A DNA stretch of 32,526 bases from Octopus bimaculoides (GCF_001194135.2 NC_068998.1:19684656-19717181), one strand, 5' to 3'. Positions 1 to 11,590 are shown, numbered from the stretch's first letter. Notes: generated from the letters alone by a model not told the origin. A program made the numbers and translations.

Positions 1-141
1 CATCCAGCTGTAGAAACTCTGCCAAATTAGATTGGAGCCTGGTGTTGCCATCCGGTTTCACCAGTCCTCAGTCAAATCGTCCAACCCATGCTAACATGGA
101 AAGCGGACGTTAAACGATGATGATGATGATGATGATGATGA
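1..141 (+). mobile_element. 3' end of an RTE-type LINE (or RTE-tail SINE) with (GAT)n tail, young copy
   Basis: Positions 1-137 equal the reverse complement of 4464-4600 with 2 mismatches; (GAT)n tail; the same tail is attached to an RTE ORF end at 16815-17125. Confidence 0.75.
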
Positions 142-145
142 TATA

Positions 146-185
<40 letters not shown>
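116..185. repeat. (GAT)n followed by (AT)n microsatellite
   Basis: Seen directly. Confidence 0.95.
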
Positions 186-786
186 AAGGTTATGAAGGGT
201 ATTGGATTCAACCAAACCCAAAGATACAGGTAATACCGAGTAAGTGCTGTATACCGGCTAGTTTTGCCCCTGTCGTCGTATAAACATGAGTGGGGAATAT
301 AACATAGGTCGTGTATTATCGTGTGTATGTATAAAGAGAGAAAAAGATAAAGAGACCAATGGCAAAGTTAGAATATATATATATATATACATAGACACAC
401 ACACACACACACAGTGTGTGTGTGTCTCTTTGTCTTGACATAGTGTGAATAGCTGTAAATGAGTGTCACCATCATGGAAGCAATGTCATTCATTTCCAAT
501 ATTGTGCAAATTATGTCTGGCCATGAGAAAATATCACCTTGTTTAGAAACAAGTGAGGGTTGACAACAGGAAGGGCATCTGATCAAAGAAAATCTGCCTC
601 TATACAAGCATGAGAAAAATGGATGTTAAAACGTATGATGATGACAATGATGTACCTTTGTTTGTTATTTGGTTGTTTTCCCTTTGGATATACAATCATA
701 CAGTGACACAGACTAACTGGATTCCCACTGGATTTAAAATATGACCAAGGATGTTCCAGTTGTGAAACATCTGTCTATTTCTTTCT

Positions 787-1010
787 TTAACCCTTTAGCA
801 TTTAAACTGGCCATATCCAGCCAAAATATTCTACTTGTTTTATGTCGAAACTGGCCAGATCTGGTTGCTCACACGAACCCCACATCATTCTAAAATCAAA
901 AGTTACCTTTTCAAAATCGCAAAGCTACAAAATAATGCATGATTAATTCAAAACGATGTGAATAAATAAGCATTACTTTTGACAGAATAATGTGAATACT
1001 AAAAGGTTAA
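787..1010. mobile_element. piggyBac-like TTAA MITE (TIR CCCTTTAGCATT), full copy
   Basis: TTAA-CCCTTTAGCATT ... AATACTAAAAGG-TTAA; about 225 bp, non-coding, multi-copy. Confidence 0.75.
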
Positions 1011-1162
1011 AGACAAGAGTGTGCAATTTGAAGGTAATTTAGCTGTTAATTTCTAACAAGCTGAGTGACTATTTAGAAACTCCACTGAAACACATGATGG
1101 ATAATCCAAATTATTTGAATCAAAATCAAACATTTCTTAAGCAAATGGTAGCAAGACGTTAC

Positions 1163-1249
1163 CTGGAGGAAATTACCATACAGTAAATTCTTTGGAGAAC
1201 TTTCTTCTCTTATCTTTTCCTGCTTCAGTTTTTCACTATTATCAGTGTT
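1163..1249 (-). CDS. GPATCH4: GPATCH4-like coding exon 4: NTDNSEKLKQEKIREESSPKNLLYGNFLQ (gene continues beyond the left edge)
   Basis: tttctttgcag| ... CAG|gtaacg; 87 nt, phase 0 to 0; ends with NLLYGNFLQ, matching GPATCH4 NLLYQKFVK. Confidence 0.88.
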
Positions 1250-2364
1250 CTGCAAAGAAATGGATGGAGCAAATTGAATAAATGTTGAAGATTAAATGCT
1301 AAAGGAAATATTTTTATAAAAAGTTTTTGTTACGAAGAACACTGTAAATAGATAATAGCAAGATATTTTTTTGCATAAGAAGGGTTAATTACTCCAGGTG
1401 ATGACAGATGTAAGGCTGATTGAATTGGAGAGAGAGAAAGAGAGAGAGAGAGAGAGCATTGCAGCTTTTGAAGCATTTGACAGATATAGTGTGATTTTAT
1501 TACTTGTACTCATGAGCTGTGTCCCTCAGCAGTATTTGATACCAGCAGTAAAGAGGCCCACCATCTTGGACAGATAACACTGCTGGTTGACTCTCAAACA
1601 AAATATGTTCAAACAAATTATAATTAAGATAATAATTAAGGTGTTAAGTATTTTTTATAAAAATAAACATATAGATAAATTATAGGGAATAACTTCTCAG
1701 TAAAGTACATTGCAAAATGTCTATAATAACACCTCCTTATGAAAAGATTGTATTGATAAGAGCCAACAAAGCAGCCTTCTGTGTGATTGATCAAGCTGTT
1801 AGAAACAGCAAGAAATCTTCCCTAAATAACACACTACTATCTTAAAGAAGGATAAAGAAGACAATGTAGTTTCTGATGTTACGAAAGGATAGGAAGATCA
1901 TGGCTGAAACACCTTTGATCGTATGGCTTGCTTGAGTAGAGCTGATCTATTATTTTTTTCTAGTGGCTTAGAGGAAAGCAGTACCCATGACTTTATTGCA
2001 GGATTTCTAAGACTGGTGAGAAGAAGGATGGAAGGAATCAAGCACAGCTCACAGGTTATTTCAAACTGGAGACAGGTCCAAATGCTACAAACAGAGTGGA
2101 ATTTGATATAAAAATATCCACAATGTTAAAACCTGCTTCACCAAGGAAAATGCCCTTGAAATGCTTGTTGTTGTTGTTGTGTTAGTACTACATCTTCATG
2201 AATCACTTAGTTTCAGTGTTAATGTTACTGTTTTACACCAGCCAGTTACACTGGTGTTCACACAAACATCAAGCCAATGAAGGAGGCTCTATTTGGCTGC
2301 TAAACTTGCTAGAAATAGCAGTTAAATCTTCCTGAAATTACCATTAAAAGAAAAAAAAACACTC

Positions 2365-2755
2365 AGTATGGCTGTGTTGTTAGGAATCTTGTTTTGCAAC
2401 CATGTGGATTCAGGTTCAATCTCACTGAATGGCACCTTGGGCAAGAGTCTTCTATTATTACTCCAGGCCAACCAATGCCTTGCGAGTAAATTTGATAAAC
2501 AGAAACTATGTGGAAACTTATATATATATTATATATGTGTATCTCTGTATTTGTGCTTGTCCCCAACACACTGTTTGACAACTTGTATTCCTTTGTTAAT
2601 ATCCAGGGCATTTAGTGGTTTGGCAAACGAGACTGATAAAATAAATAATAGACTTTAAAAAAATGTACTGGGATCAATTTGTTTGACTAAACCCTTTAAG
2701 GGAGTACCTCAGCATGAGCACATTTCAAAAACTGAAATAAGTGAAAGATGAAAGA
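2365..2755 (+). mobile_element. Abundant tRNA-derived SINE (ggcatggctgtgtggtaagaag family)
   Basis: Head tggctgtg..ggttcaatctcac..ttgggcaag, internal (TA)n, 3' gactgaaacaagtaaaag-like end; many copies in the window. Confidence 0.7.
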
Positions 2756-2940
2756 CACAATGGGCCATGTAATCATAAACATAAAAGCAAAATAGTCAGA
2801 GTTGGAATGTTCTTGATTCTTTGACTATAGGGCTGTTTGATGAGAGTTCTCCTAGGGCTAAACATCAATATGGTAGGACTTAACATTTCTAGAGTGTTCT
2901 TGTGAAATTTCGCTTTCTTGACATCTCCAAATCTGGAAAT

Positions 2941-3500
2941 ATTGATTTCAAATTTTAACACAAGGCCAGTAATTCCAGGGAAGGGGTTAAATCAATTACA
3001 TCGGTCCCAGCACTCAACTGGTACTTATTTTATTGACTCCAAAAGGATGAAAGGCTAAGTTGACGTCGGCAGCATTTGAACTCAGAATATAAAGATGGAG
3101 GAAATGCTGCTAAGCATTTTCCCCAGTACAGTAATGATTCTGCCAGCCCACCACCTTACAAACTTTAAAATACTAGTTTCAAATTTTGGCACAAGGCCAG
3201 CAATTTTGGGGGCTGGGCAAGTCGATTAGATCGATTCCAGTGGTCAACTGGTACTTATTTTATCAAGTCCGAAAGGATGAAAGGTGAACTCAGCCTCAGA
3301 GGTATTTGAACTCAGAATGTAAATACAGATAAAATGCCACACCTCTAGGCATTTAACCCAGCCGGCTGATTCTGCCAGCTTGCTGCCCTTACAAATCTAT
3401 AAACACTGGTTTCAAATTTTGGCACAAGACCAGCAACTTCGGGGGGATGCAAGTCAATTATATCAACTGGTACTTATTTTATCAACCCTGAAAAAAAGAT
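2941..3500 (-). mobile_element. Tandem array (about 233-bp period, roughly 2.5 copies) of a tRNA-derived SINE with a Meta-like core
   Basis: Units restart with tttcaaatttt(g)gcacaag at about 2946, 3177 and 3410; minus strand reads A/B-box-like head plus gcctttcatcctttcgg...aaaataagtaccag core. Confidence 0.75.
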
Positions 3501-3637
3501 GAAAACAAATCTAGGAATATTGATAATGATTGTTGCTGTTGTTACTGTTTAACCCTAAGTCAGCCCTGATCAAGAAAACCTACGATCAAACGCATTCCAG
3601 TTGTGACTTATCCATCTTTTTAATATGTATAAATTTA

Positions 3638-3851
3638 AGGTAGAGAGCTGGCAGAATCGTTAGCACGCCATCAAAATGCTTTGTGGTCTTTCGTCCGACT
3701 TTATGTTTTCAGTTCAAATGTTGCCAAGGTTGACTTTGCCTCTCATCTTTTCAGGGTTGATAAAATAAGTACCAGTTGAACACTGAGGTTGATATAATCA
3801 GCTTATCCAATTCCCTGAAATGCTGGCCTTGTGCCAAAATTTGAAACCAGC
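3638..3851 (+). mobile_element. Same SINE family, full copy in the opposite orientation
   Basis: gagctggcagaatcgttagc ... gagttcaaat-like B box ... ggccttgtgccaaaatttgaaacca; reverse complement of the 2941-3500 units. Confidence 0.78.
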
Positions 3852-4463
3852 GTGTATAAGGAAATCAGGACTTCATTATCTTATGTGTCCTCCTTGTCTA
3901 AGATGGTGGAGGTATAATTTCTTGTCTCTTTCTTGAAAACAGTTTTAACTAGGCCTGCACTGCTGAGATATTCTTACCTTTTTTTAATGTGGTAGAGATA
4001 TTTGGCTACTGTTTTTTTTTTTGCAGATCAAGCAACCACTCATCTTTTACTTGTTTCAGTCACTGGATGATGGCCATGCTAGGGTACTGCTTTGTAGGCT
4101 TTTGAGTCAAACAAACTGACCCTCAGTACTTATTTTTTAAAGTCTGGTACTTATTCTATCAGTCTCATATGCTGAACTGCTATGTTAAGAGGACATAAAC
4201 CAACACTAGTTGCGAAGCAGTGGTGGTGGTGGTGGTGGAACAGACACAGAGACACACAGATATATATTAGACTACCCGCAACCTGTTGGGTTACCAGGAA
4301 ACTCATAGTTTCCCAGCAGTGGAGTTTTGTTTTGTAGGTTCTTTTTTTCTTTTCCAGGTTATTTCGCATGCTTTCAATGAACGAGACATCGAAATCACGT
4401 GTAAATGGCTCCTTTTCCCAGAAAAGGTAAGATTTGGCTGCTATTTCTAGCACACCCTGCTAC

Positions 4464-4659
4464 CATCATCATCATCATCATCATCATTTAACGTCCGCTT
4501 TCCATGCTAGCATGGGTTGGACGATTTGACTGAGGACTGGTGAAACCGGATGGCAACACCAGGCTCCAATCTAATTTGGCAGAGTTTCTACAGCTGGATG
4601 CCCTTCCTAACACCAACCACTCAGAGAGTGTAGTGGGTGCTTTTACGTGTCACCCGCAC
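4464..4659 (-). mobile_element. RTE-type 3' end, young copy, cut by the gap
   Basis: Reverse-complement match to 1-137 and 5330-5494; (CAT)n tail on the + strand. Confidence 0.75.
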
Positions 4660-5035
4660 NNNNNNNNNNNNNNNNNNNNNNNNNNNNNNNNNNNNNNNNN
4701 NNNNNNNNNNNNNNNNNNNNNNNNNNNNNNNNNNNNNNNNNNNNNNNNNNNNNNNNNNNNNNNNNNNNNNNNNNNNNNNNNNNNNNNNNNNNNNNNNNNN
4801 NNNNNNNNNNNNNNNNNNNNNNNNNNNNNNNNNNNNNNNNNNNNNNNNNNNNNNNNNNNNNNNNNNNNNNNNNNNNNNNNNNNNNNNNNNNNNNNNNNNN
4901 NNNNNNNNNNNNNNNNNNNNNNNNNNNNNNNNNNNNNNNNNNNNNNNNNNNNNNNNNNNNNNNNNNNNNNNNNNNNNNNNNNNNNNNNNNNNNNNNNNNN
5001 NNNNNNNNNNNNNNNNNNNNNNNNNNNNNNNNNNN
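4660..5035. other. Assembly gap
   Basis: Run of N. Confidence 1.
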
Positions 5036-5204
5036 CACTCGAAAAAAACCTGTGGAAAAAAAATTATTTCACACCAAGGTTATAAACGGGTCTTTTATGA
5101 AATATTTACTGTATTTTTAAAGTCATTTTCACTTTAAAATATTTTTTAAATATGCCAAAAAAAAAAAACTTTTTGTAATGGTATTCACTTGAAAATAATT
5201 TTAC

Positions 5205-5494
5205 GAGCGAGATCGTTGCCAGTGCCGCTGGACTGGCTCCTGTGCAGGTGGCATGTAAAATACACCATTTTGAGCGTGGCCGTTGCCAGTACCGCCTGAC
5301 TGGCCTTCGTGTCAGTGGCACGTAAAAGCATCCACTACACTCAGAGTGGTTGGTGTTAGGAAGGGCATCTAGCTGTAGAAACTCTGCCAGATCAGATTGG
5401 AGCCTGGTGCAGCCATCTGGTTCACCAGTCCTCAGTCAAATCGTCCAACCCATGCTAGCATGGAAAGCGGACGTTAACCGATGATGATGATGAT
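5205..5494 (+). mobile_element. RTE-type 3' end with two internal GTTGCCAGT...GACTGGC...GGCA.GTAAAA subunits
   Basis: Same tail as 1-141 plus an upstream internally duplicated unit; (GAT)n tail. Confidence 0.7.
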
Positions 5495-6147
5495 TAAAAT
5501 ATTCTGTTTAAAGAAAGCTAAAATATAAATACTTACTGTACAAACAGCTTACATTTTTGAAAGTACATTCACTTAAAAATATTTCTAAATAATTAAAATA
5601 TTGTTTAACAAATGCGAAAATAGAAACATTTACTGTAAAATACTCATAATTTTTCTTTCTCAAGTCACTGTCTGATAGAAAGATAAGAGTTTCTTCCCTT
5701 TCAGGGTGAAGATTATTTTCGGAATATTTTCTCATTATGCACCATTTTGGGTATTTATACCCCAAAACCTCTAATATCTTTAAAACTACTTGTCCGATTT
5801 ACACAAAATTTGTTTTATTCCATTCATATTAACATTTCAGGGTAAAATTAATTCATAGTATTTTCCCATTATGCAACAATTTGGCTGGGTAACATTGCAA
5901 GCAAGCAAGCAAGATTCAAACTGACTTTTAATGCATTATAGATATATACACACACACAAAGGGTTTTCACACTGTTTCTCTCCACAACATTCACCCACAA
6001 GGCATTGGTCAGCCTTGGGCTATAGTAGAAGACATATACTAGAGGTGCCATGCACTGGGACTGAACCTGAAGATCTTTCCATTGAAAAGTACTATAAAAG
6101 AAAAAGGATTTTAGTGATCATTAAAAAATAAGCAACTTGTGTCTTAC

Positions 6148-6228
6148 CACAGAAATCTTCTTAGCAGCATCATTATACATTTGATCCCACCAGTTTCTTG
6201 TAAGATCACTTCCCGGAATATGTCCAAG
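6148..6228 (-). CDS. GPATCH4: GPATCH4-like coding exon 3: LGHIPGSDLTRNWWDQMYNDAAKKISV
   Basis: tattttctgtag| ... GTG|gtaaga; 81 nt, phase 0 to 0; matches GPATCH4 VGHD...TNHWWNELFNKTA. Confidence 0.92.
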
Positions 6229-6245
6229 CTACAGAAAATAAGAGA

Positions 6246-6284
<39 letters not shown>

Positions 6285-6777
6285 AGAATAGGTACAGGCA
6301 AAGCTGTGTGGTTAAGAAGTTAAGTTTGCAGGTTCAGTCCCACTAAAAACATAAGAGGTTTTCCTTATGCCATCAAAACAACAACCAGAAGTAGCCTTGA
6401 TTGATGTATCAAGTGATATCACCTACATTAATTGGTTTATGAGATTGTATACCTGACTATCAAAACAATGGGGACAATTGCTGGTTTAAATACTAAAGGG
6501 TTAAAGCACTAGGATTTATGACATTTCTTTGCACCATCATTGTTCATCCATTTGTCCATGCTACTTGGTATGGATCACATCTTATTCATTTGCTTTATTT
6601 TTAGGATGGCCTCTATGGCTGTATGCTTTTCCTATTGCCAACCACTTTACAGAGTGTACTGCAGGAGTTCTATTGTAGCACAAGTGAAAGAGAGGTAGTC
6701 TTATCCCTGGCAAAACTAAAGAGTCTTCTCTATAGTACATTATCCCTGCTTAAAGTAACATAACCGAAAACGTCATA

Positions 6778-7215
6778 GAAGAGAGAGAGAGAGAAAGAGA
6801 GTGATGAAATAAGGAGAACCAGGGTGAAAAGGTAGTAGACAAGAGAGAGTGATAGAGAATAATTAGAATGATAGGAGTGAGAGGGGAATAGAGAGACAGT
6901 ACATGATGAGTGTTAGAAAGGAGACTGACTGAAAATAGCATGACAGGGAAAAGAGTGTGATAAGAGAGGGACAGGATGATAATAAAACGGAGTGCTGGAA
7001 ATGAGAAATGAAAGACAATGGAACGAGAGAGAGAGAGAGAAAGTGATAATAGCAATAAATTTGGGTGATGGTAAGTGATGAATGTCAATAAGTGACAATA
7101 GAATTAATAGGATGGGAGATAGATACATAGTGTGATGGAAAAAAGATACAGTTATAATAGGAGAGAGGGTGAGTGATAGATGAGAGAGTAATGAAGGAGA
7201 GGTGAGTAGTAGACA
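6778..7215. repeat. Purine-rich (GA/GAT) low-complexity tract
   Basis: Strong + strand A/G bias with (GA)n runs; source of several spurious minus-strand Leu/Ser-rich ORFs. Confidence 0.85.
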
Positions 7216-7226
7216 GAGACTTAATA

Positions 7227-7675
7227 AATTTTCTACTATAGACACAAGGCCTGAAATCTTGGGGGAGAGGTTTAGTTGATTCCATCAACCTCAGAGCTCA
7301 AGTGGTGCTTATTTTATTGACCCTGAAAGGATAAAAGGTAAAGTCAACTTCAGCAGCATTTGAACTCAGGACATAAACACAGATGAAATACCACAAAACA
7401 TTTTGTCAAGTGTGTTAACAGTTCTGCCAGCTCACTGCCTTATGGAGACTTAATAGTGCTTTCAAATTTTGTCACAAGATCAGCAATTTCAGGGGAGGGT
7501 GTAAGTTGATTTCATCGACCTTAATGCTCAACTGGTACTTATTTTATTGACCCCAAAAGGATGAAAGATAAAGTTGACCTTGGTGGAATTTGAAGTCAGA
7601 ACGTAAAAATGGATGAAATGCCACTAAGCATTTAGCCTGACATGCTAACAATTCTGCCAGCTTGCTGCCTTTATG
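7227..7675 (-). mobile_element. Two tandem copies of the same SINE family
   Basis: Two units of about 230 bp, bounded and separated by GAGACTTAATA (7216, 7445, 7676). Confidence 0.75.
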
Positions 7676-7789
7676 GAGACTTAATATCAACACAATGGGC
7701 AAAAGGCTCAAGTGTAAGTACTATATAGTTCAACTCAGTCATTGACACCACCATGTTTGATTTAATTGGGTAGGTTTCCTCTAGCACAG

Positions 7790-8100
7790 AGTTTCACCAC
7801 ATGCCATGGTCTTTTGTCAACTCTTACATGAGGTTTACCTCCATGAAATCAGTCTTCACTTTATCTCATTCTCTTTTTTGTCACCCACTTCCAAAGGATG
7901 TATCCAATCTTTCCACTTCCAATATTATGCACTTCTTCAAACAACTGCCAACTTCCATATGCATCATACACCTGTCCCAGTGTAGTCTTCTCTTGCACAC
8001 TACATGCTGCAGGGACAGTTGTCACTCTATGAAGTATTTTCAAAATAACCACACACCCATTTTATACTACCCTTCCACACAATAATCTCATCTGATCAGC
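7790..8100 (-). mobile_element. Old degenerate RTE-like LINE C-terminal fragment
   Basis: Frameshifted minus-strand remnants resemble the RTE RRL.W.GHVMRM and GRP...WD..K.D motifs. Confidence 0.5.
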
Positions 8101-8236
8101 AAGACCCCACAGTGTCTATCTAATACTTTCAATCATGATCTCAGGTACCATGATACAAGTTGTATGTCTTCTTGTATATTGCAGTAATTTGAAGGGTAAG
8201 AAACTCCATTAAAGAATTGGTTAGAAAATGACTCAC

Positions 8237-8310
8237 ACCACTTTTGCTGTTTTTTAAGGTAACTTTGATAGGTTCTTGAATTCCATGCTCATCCTTTCCC
8301 AGGCCAGCAC
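8237..8310 (-). CDS. GPATCH4: GPATCH4-like coding exon 2: GAGLGKDEHGIQEPIKVTLKNSKSG
   Basis: ttttcaacag| ... GGT|gtgagt; 74 nt, phase 1 to 0; G-patch core GLGK..GI..PI followed by the GPATCH4-type VTLK. Confidence 0.92.
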
Positions 8311-9675
8311 CTGTTGAAAACAAAGTATTTTTAAGATTTCTGAAAGGCAATGATTACAAATGAAACAATCGGGAAAAACATGTCTGCTAAAATATACTGA
8401 AGCTGGTATAACAGCTTTGAGGGATGTGCCAATGGGAAGACCTCTATGTAGTCAACTGTCCTGCTTGAAATATCAGTTCACATCTTCCTCAACTGGGTGA
8501 GCATTGTACTATATATCCTTAAAAAGATTTATGGTCATGGCTGGAATGTCTTTGATTATAAGTATGCTCAATCATGGCTGACTTTGGGCTAAACAAGAGC
8601 AACAGTTCTGAGAGTCTATAAGTAGTTGCTCTTAAACGCCATTAAGAAGAGAATACCACGTAATTTTCAATAAAATTTAATACAATTTATGAATTATATT
8701 ATTTAAATATAAAATTCATAATGAGTATAACTTATGACAATATGGAAACTCTACAATTTATGAATACATGCAAAATAAATAAGTTAAAAACAATGCGGAC
8801 CGTCAAATATTAGTTTTGATTTTTCCTTTCCAAACTGTTTAAGAAAAGCCAATTTACTTTCGAGTTATTATTGTTGTTTAAACTCAGATCAACCTATTAA
8901 GCAAACCTATAATCAAAGATTATTTTTAACAAGTCGAGTAAACTGGCTGCGTAGACAATTGCTCGTTGTTTGAATTGTTAGGGCTTCTGATTCTTACGAC
9001 GAGTAGTTTTTATTTTGTTTTATCTTTTTAATCAGTGATAGTACTTTTCAATTACTATATAAGAATGGTACACGATATTTTTCAACTAAAGACAAAAAAG
9101 TTGTAGGAAAGAGATATTGTGGTGAATCAAACGAACGTCACTAATTACAGAGTGCGGCAATATACACCCATTATTCATTTTATCATAAAATAAAAAGTCT
9201 AAGGCTTTGACTAATGGTAGTTTTACAGGTTGATTGTTATAGTTATTGACAATATTTTACATAAATTTGCAAAACAGAATGACCGTCTTTTGCTTTCATC
9301 ACAGCCCTTAAACTTTTCTGGAATGAAGTGCATGACTCGCGTTTTGCACGGTACATAACTTAGTTCTAATTTTATAGACTCTGGTCTTTGAACAAAATTA
9401 TAAAGTGAAAAACATTTAATTCAGTATTGATTCTGTCATTTCATACAGTTGACTTCAAATTCATTGTTTTGAATAAGTCATAATAGCAACAAATTATAAC
9501 AAAAATTTCACAACGATAAGGATTAATGAAGTTTCGTACAATTTCAGGGAAGTATTTACACGTGGTTCCAAATATGAAATAACTACATGAACCCAACTAA
9601 CTACATCGAAGTTCACTTCCAGATAATACAACTGAAAAATAATGACGAAACGAAAGAAAAAATCTGAATAATTAC

Positions 9676-9730
9676 CGGTTTTCCAACCATACTTTTCCAA
9701 AATTGATCGAGCGAACAAATTATTCGTCAT
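9676..9730 (-). CDS. GPATCH4: GPATCH4-like G-patch protein, first coding exon: MTNNLFARSILEKYGWKT(G)
   Basis: Minus strand: ttttgttttcag|C ATG ... ACC G|gtaatt; first half of a G-patch (FA..L.K.GW..G). The acceptor just before the ATG implies an upstream non-coding exon. Confidence 0.88.
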
Positions 9731-9967
9731 GCTGAAAACAAAACTGTCTTCAACAGAGTTATGTCCCTTCCATTCCACCTGCTCATACGAGTACAGGGCC
9801 GTGTTAACAACATTATAAGCCCATGGACAAAACAATACAATGAACCCCTACATGTATTGACAGTAAGCTACAGGTACATAGATAAAAATTAGCAAGCAGT
9901 AGTGGGGGACAAACACAAATACACACGCACAACATTCACAAGGAAAATAATATCGTTAAAAAAGCCT

Positions 9968-9977
9968 CCTCGCGAGA
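9968..9977. promoter_or_regulatory. CGCG-element (TCTCGCGAGA-like; CCTCGCGAGA), candidate GPATCH4 promoter motif
   Basis: Perfect palindromic core CTCGCGAG at 9969-9976, 9/10 match to the BANP-type housekeeping motif, about 240 nt upstream of the GPATCH4 ATG. Confidence 0.45.
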
Positions 9978-10559
9978 TCTTGAATCATTGTGGTGGAAAA
10001 TCTGGAATTAAAAGAGGAACCTCAACCTCAATGCATCATGGCTAAATGCAGTAAAGAGAGAATACTGTACCGACATCAACAGTAAAATATATGCAATTGA
10101 CTCTGAAATTTTCACCATAACTGTAGGCAAACTGCATGATGGGAAGGCACATGTAAGGAACTTATAGAAAGATAGTTTGTATTTCATCTAATGTGACTCT
10201 ACTCAGAAGGCTGTAATATCATTTGACAATACATGGAAAAAGGTGGTAACTTTAAATGTCTTTAATGCCAGCCACATGTATATATACAAGCTGAATGATA
10301 AATGGAAATGGTTGATGAACATTTATTCATATCTCTACGTGCATCTGCGTGGGTTGTATGTTTGCTATTAACTATGGTGAGGTAGCTCACGAACAGCGAT
10401 ATGTTAGAACCAGTGCAGTGTTGTTGGTGCTGTGTAGAGATGTTGTTGACGACATTGGTGAGAGACATGATGGCGGTGACGAAGATGGAGGTTGTTGCAA
10501 TGTGGTCAGTGATTAAATCAAGACTAGGAGGAGGTGAATTTATATAGCTAATGGTAGGC

Positions 10560-11590
10560 TCAAATGGAGTTTAGAACAGAGTGTCTAACGTGATTTATTT
10601 GGAGGCTGTGATTGGTTAAGATGCATTTTGGTGCATGATAGAGTAAGAGACAAATTGCCCCAATACCAACCAAACAGAGTGGTAGACACAATGGGGTCCA
10701 AAACAGTGCCCAAAGGTTAGCTGTTACCTGCCATGTTCGTATGTATATATATAATAGAGAGAGGAAGTTCACTAGAGTTTGCTACATCCTAATAGTTGTA
10801 TATTGGTAAAAGAGGCTGACATTTTACAGGAAACCACTAATAAGTATATTCAACAGTATTATGGAAGGTCAGACAGACCAAATTGGCTTGCTATAGCACA
10901 GTCGAATCTCGTGGCCAAGAATGAAACCACTGAGTTGCTTGAAAACTATAGGCCCATTACTTGCCTAAATATTATGTACAAACTGTACACAAGATGTCTC
11001 AACCAATTCTTCCCAGATCACTGTAAATCCAACAACATAGTGATTACTGAGTAGGTAGGTGAAAAGAAGGGAGTGTAGGAATGTGCTGAGCAATTGATTA
11101 ACAAAGCTGTACTGCCTAAGGTTAGGAAAATAATTGTAGGTGTCTTACAACAGTCATGGCTGCTGAAGTGTCTTAATTTGGCAAAAGTGCCTGCTATCAA
11201 TAGTCTCACTATTTCTCCAATCCCACACTAAGAATGCTACAAGTACTTGGCAATGATGAAAATGTATCATATCAAGGTACTGTGAATAAAGATACAATGA
11301 CTCAAGAATATTACACCAGACTAAGAGAAATATGGCAATCTGAAATCTCCTCTTACAATGAGACAGTATCCACAATACATTTTTAGTACCAGTGCTGATT
11401 CCAACATTTGGGATACTCAGCTGGTTTGTAGAAGAAATTCACTCCAGAGACATTAAAACCCGCAAGATTCTAACATCAATTGGAAATCTCCACAAAAACA
11501 TTGATATCAACAGGCTCTACCTAAGAAGAGATAAAGGGGGCAGGGCCTTGAGATCAGTTCAGACAGCCTTTGATTGTCGCATTTAACTCA
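10560..11590 (+). mobile_element. Degenerate non-LTR retrotransposon RT fragment, R4/Dong-like
   Basis: ORF pieces NYRPITCLNIMYKLYT (10779-11054) and NIDINRLYLRRDKGGRALRS (11392-11586); stops and frameshifts between them. Confidence 0.72.

Noticed and set aside
2363-2658. Overlapping 82-aa and 96-aa ORFs
   Set aside because: Entirely within a multi-copy SINE; similar peptides recur at other SINE copies (17751, 24285, 24561).
4540-5137. Long ORFs spanning N runs (also 13189-13641 and 20640-21218)
   Set aside because: Artefacts of translating assembly gaps.
6750-7288. Hydrophobic Leu/Ser-rich minus-strand ORFs resembling membrane proteins
   Set aside because: They are translations of a GA-rich low-complexity tract; the same applies to 27591-28434.
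8090-8145. Possible intronic box C/D snoRNA in GPATCH4
   Set aside because: Only a variant C box (ATGATTG) and a CTGA about 40 nt apart, too short and without a convincing terminal stem. No credible snoRNA was seen elsewhere by eye; an Infernal/Rfam scan would be decisive.
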